This document shows positions 61,310 through 64,000 of a stretch of DNA of 64,000 nucleotides, piece after piece. Location: NCBI GenBank assembly GCA_028534125.1, contig CM052817.1, positions 69,442,001 to 69,506,000 of the forward strand. Direction: 5' to 3'. The stretch's first letter is position 1; every line of letters begins with the position of its first letter. Both the position numbers and the translations under genes were made by a program. The stretch comes from Lama glama. Its lineage: Eukaryota. The notes below the pieces were generated by a model. It searched no databases. It was not told where the DNA came from and saw nothing but the letters and a program-made list of their open reading frames with translations.

Positions 61310-62544
61310 ATCCTCTTCCATAAAATGAGCCATTGGAATAGAAGATCTCTAACTTCATTTATAGCAAAATTATAGTCTACTGTGTTATTTCCTCTATAAA
61401 GTTATATTGTCAAGTAAACATTGCCTGACCACTGTTATAGGGGACATGCAAAAAAAAATTAATGTAAGTCACCTAAAGGGTAAATATAAGTTCCATTCCA
61501 AACGAAGAACCTGGAAGTCATTTCAAAACGCACAAATATGTTTATGCTTATTAAAACTTCATAGTGTATCTGGGTCCATCACTAGCCCAGTGTGTGACTT
61601 GCAATATCTCTCTCTTCCCTCTTTCTCTTACACACACACACAAACACCTCCAGAAGAATTTCCTGGAAAAATGTTGGCAAGTCTGAGAGTAAAATACATC
61701 TTTTTTCATGGTTTCACTAGGAAAATGAAGCTCTGGTTTTTGGCTCCAGAAACTAGAAAAGTGGCAGTAGTTTTAAACCATTTTGTATTATCCAGTTTCC
61801 TCTTCAGACAATATTAACCCCATAAGAATACATCAAGAATCAAAATGCATGCTTAAGTCCAAGTTGGTGACTTAAGAGTTAATTCAGAAGTACTTTTGAT
61901 TCTGAAGCCCTCTATGACTTCCAAACTGACGGATGGAATAAGAAAGAAAGGAGCTGGTGATGATTGAACTTTTTCTGTTTTTGCTATTTCAATGTAAAGA
62001 CAATGTTTCTGGTGCAAAAAAAAAAAATCAGTTTTCCAAATTACATCAGCAGCAAATCCCACTGAGATCATTAAAAAACAGACTCTTCTAAGTCTGTCCA
62101 AATTTATCCCCATGGTGTCAATATAATATGGTGTCCTATGGGGATATTACACCATAAAGTACACAAATAAAATTAACTTGATTTATCAACATAGAAGGAC
62201 CATGTGTTTACATATGGAGGGATATTGGCAGTTGAAGACTCATAAATCATAAGACAAAGAGTCACCCTGAAAGTCAGCTTTTCAACCCCCTTCCCCTAGC
62301 TTTGCAGAGGCATGCCCTTTAATGATTTTCCACATGGGTATAAAGTAATTAGCAAGCCTAGCCTGCCCAAAATAGAATGATCATAGAAACATAGTATTGG
62401 GATAACTGGGACAATTATCACCTTCCTCATCTTTGATTGAGCATACACAGTACATGACATAGTGGTTTACCTAAACCACCCCAGACTGACTTATGTGGGG
62501 GGTTTCATACAGACAATGAACAAAGAAAACAATTCAGATAAGCC

Positions 62545-62810
62545 CCCTATTTATTCACTAAATACTTGTGCCAGACATTTAGCAAGATCTAGAAGCATGG
62601 AAATGAACAAATAAAACACAGTCTCTATCCTACACGGAGCTTTGAGAGACAAAGAAAATTAAACATAATTTTAATATTAAAGAGGATATCTGAAAATGTA
62701 TTACAATTTACTGGTCTGCCCTATATTGTGAGCTCCTCAAAGACATGAATGAAAGTTTCTTTCATCTATTTCATGAACTATGGAAAAACTGAGTAGATGC
62801 TCAATATATC
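62545..62810. mobile_element. L2 3'-end fragments (minus, then plus)
   Basis: TATTCACTAAATACTTGTGCCAGACA...ATGAACAAATAAAACACAGTCTCT; ATTGTGAGCTCCTCAAAGACA...GTAGATGCTCAATA. Confidence 0.65.
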
Positions 62811-63379
62811 TTTATATGTATATCTTAAGATACCTTTTTGTAAAAAAAATTTCTAGAAATAGATATAGATATAGCTGAAACAAGAAACAAACAGGACAAA
62901 GTTTAAAAGGACATTCTTCTTTGCATTTTTTATTTCTAATATCATACACAATTTTCATCATAAAGGAGGTAAAAAGACTTACGTATTTTTTGTAGTCTGC
63001 CTTCAAATATATCCAAATACAGCTAGATTGCCATGGATAGTGCACATAGGAACACCCAGTGCAGTGCTATGAACTCACCAACACTCAAAAGTTACTTGAA
63101 TAAACTAAAGTACGAATCAATAAAGCAATAAGTAAACATGGGCATGGAATTCCAAAGCATCTATTTCACAACGTTGGTAGCATTAAGAAGAACTCCAGAA
63201 AACATAAATCATCAGACTTCTGGCTTCCTCTGGTCATTAGTGTATTGGCAGGCTCACTCTCTTTATAGTACATATGTGTAAGATAGAGGTATTTGTATGC
63301 TATGTTGCACAAATGGTATATATTGTCTTGTGAAATTCCTGATTCACAATCCTTCTTTGTGTTCCACTTGTGATAACTG

Positions 63380-63725
63380 TTTCCTCACATCATGACTTAA
63401 AAGACTGCTATGATCTTCTCAACCAGCCTGTTAAACCACAACTGACCTCCTTAAGGTCTTTGCTTCTCAACAAGGCTTACCCTAATGACTGTTCAAAATT
63501 ATACTTTCCTCACCACATCATTCTCTCTCTCCTCTCTCCTTTACTTTGCTTTATTTTTCTTCAAAGCTCTTATTATCTTCTCTTGATTTGTAATTTCTCA
63601 TTGATTATGTAAGTTCCATGTAAGACAGAGATTTCATATTTGTTATTCATTGTTGTATTCCCAGCACATAGATCAGAGCTTGGTACACAATAGGTTTTCA
63701 AAAATGATTTGTTAACTGAATGACT
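63380..63725 (+). mobile_element. L2 3' end
   Basis: TGTAAGTTCCATGTAAGACAGAGATTT...TTGTATTCCCAGCACATAG...TTGGTACACAATAGG...TTGTTAACTGAATGA. Confidence 0.8.
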
Positions 63726-64000
63726 ACCTGACAAAGAAAAGTCTCTAAGTCACTAGAAGGTAATGATAGGGCTGGCTGTCCTATTAATTGTGATAGTACA
63801 ATCATTACTCAGTGAACTTGAGTAACTAACTTTAATTTTTCTTTTGAGCCCCAGAAATATTCAAGTACTTGATTTTCCATAGACAGCTAGCTATTTCTCT
63901 CCTTTCTACCTTTCCTCATGTTCTCTCATCCAGGAATGCCCTTCTATCACCCAAAGTCTACCTAGATAATCCCTGCTAATTCTTTAAGGTATGTGCCCAG

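Noticed and set aside
62112..62155. Short inverted repeats here and at about 35775-35816
   Set aside because: Stems are short, AT-rich and imperfect, as expected at random in 64 kb.

Overview
AT-rich mammalian genomic DNA with no recognisable protein-coding exon, tRNA/rRNA gene or CpG island. It looks intergenic or deep-intronic. Most of the window is transposon fossils: L1 of several ages, L2, MIR, MLT1 (ERVL-MaLR) and ERV1-type solo LTRs, and Tigger/hAT-Charlie elements. There is one 500-N assembly gap (44777-45276). The younger L1 3' ends look cetartiodactyl, the youngest camelid-like, and I saw no Alu, B1, Bov-A/tA, PRE1 or SINEC SINEs, so a camelid source is my inference. The only ORFs I recognise are L1 ORF2 fragments. 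Notable structures: (i) a TSD-flanked, polyadenylated insert that resembles a Tigger2 DNA-transposon transcript retrotransposed by L1 (56818-57010); (ii) an unidentified TSD-flanked processed mRNA fragment splitting an L1 (17523-17800); (iii) a multi-layer nested L1/MLT1D complex with a twin-primed inversion (41.1-46.9 kb); (iv) three nested LTRs (27.1-28.5 kb); (v) one young and one old local duplication; (vi) a few candidate minus-strand non-coding exons. I found no convincing novel biological system. Repeat family names come from recall of consensus sequences, not a database search, and boundaries of old repeats are approximate.
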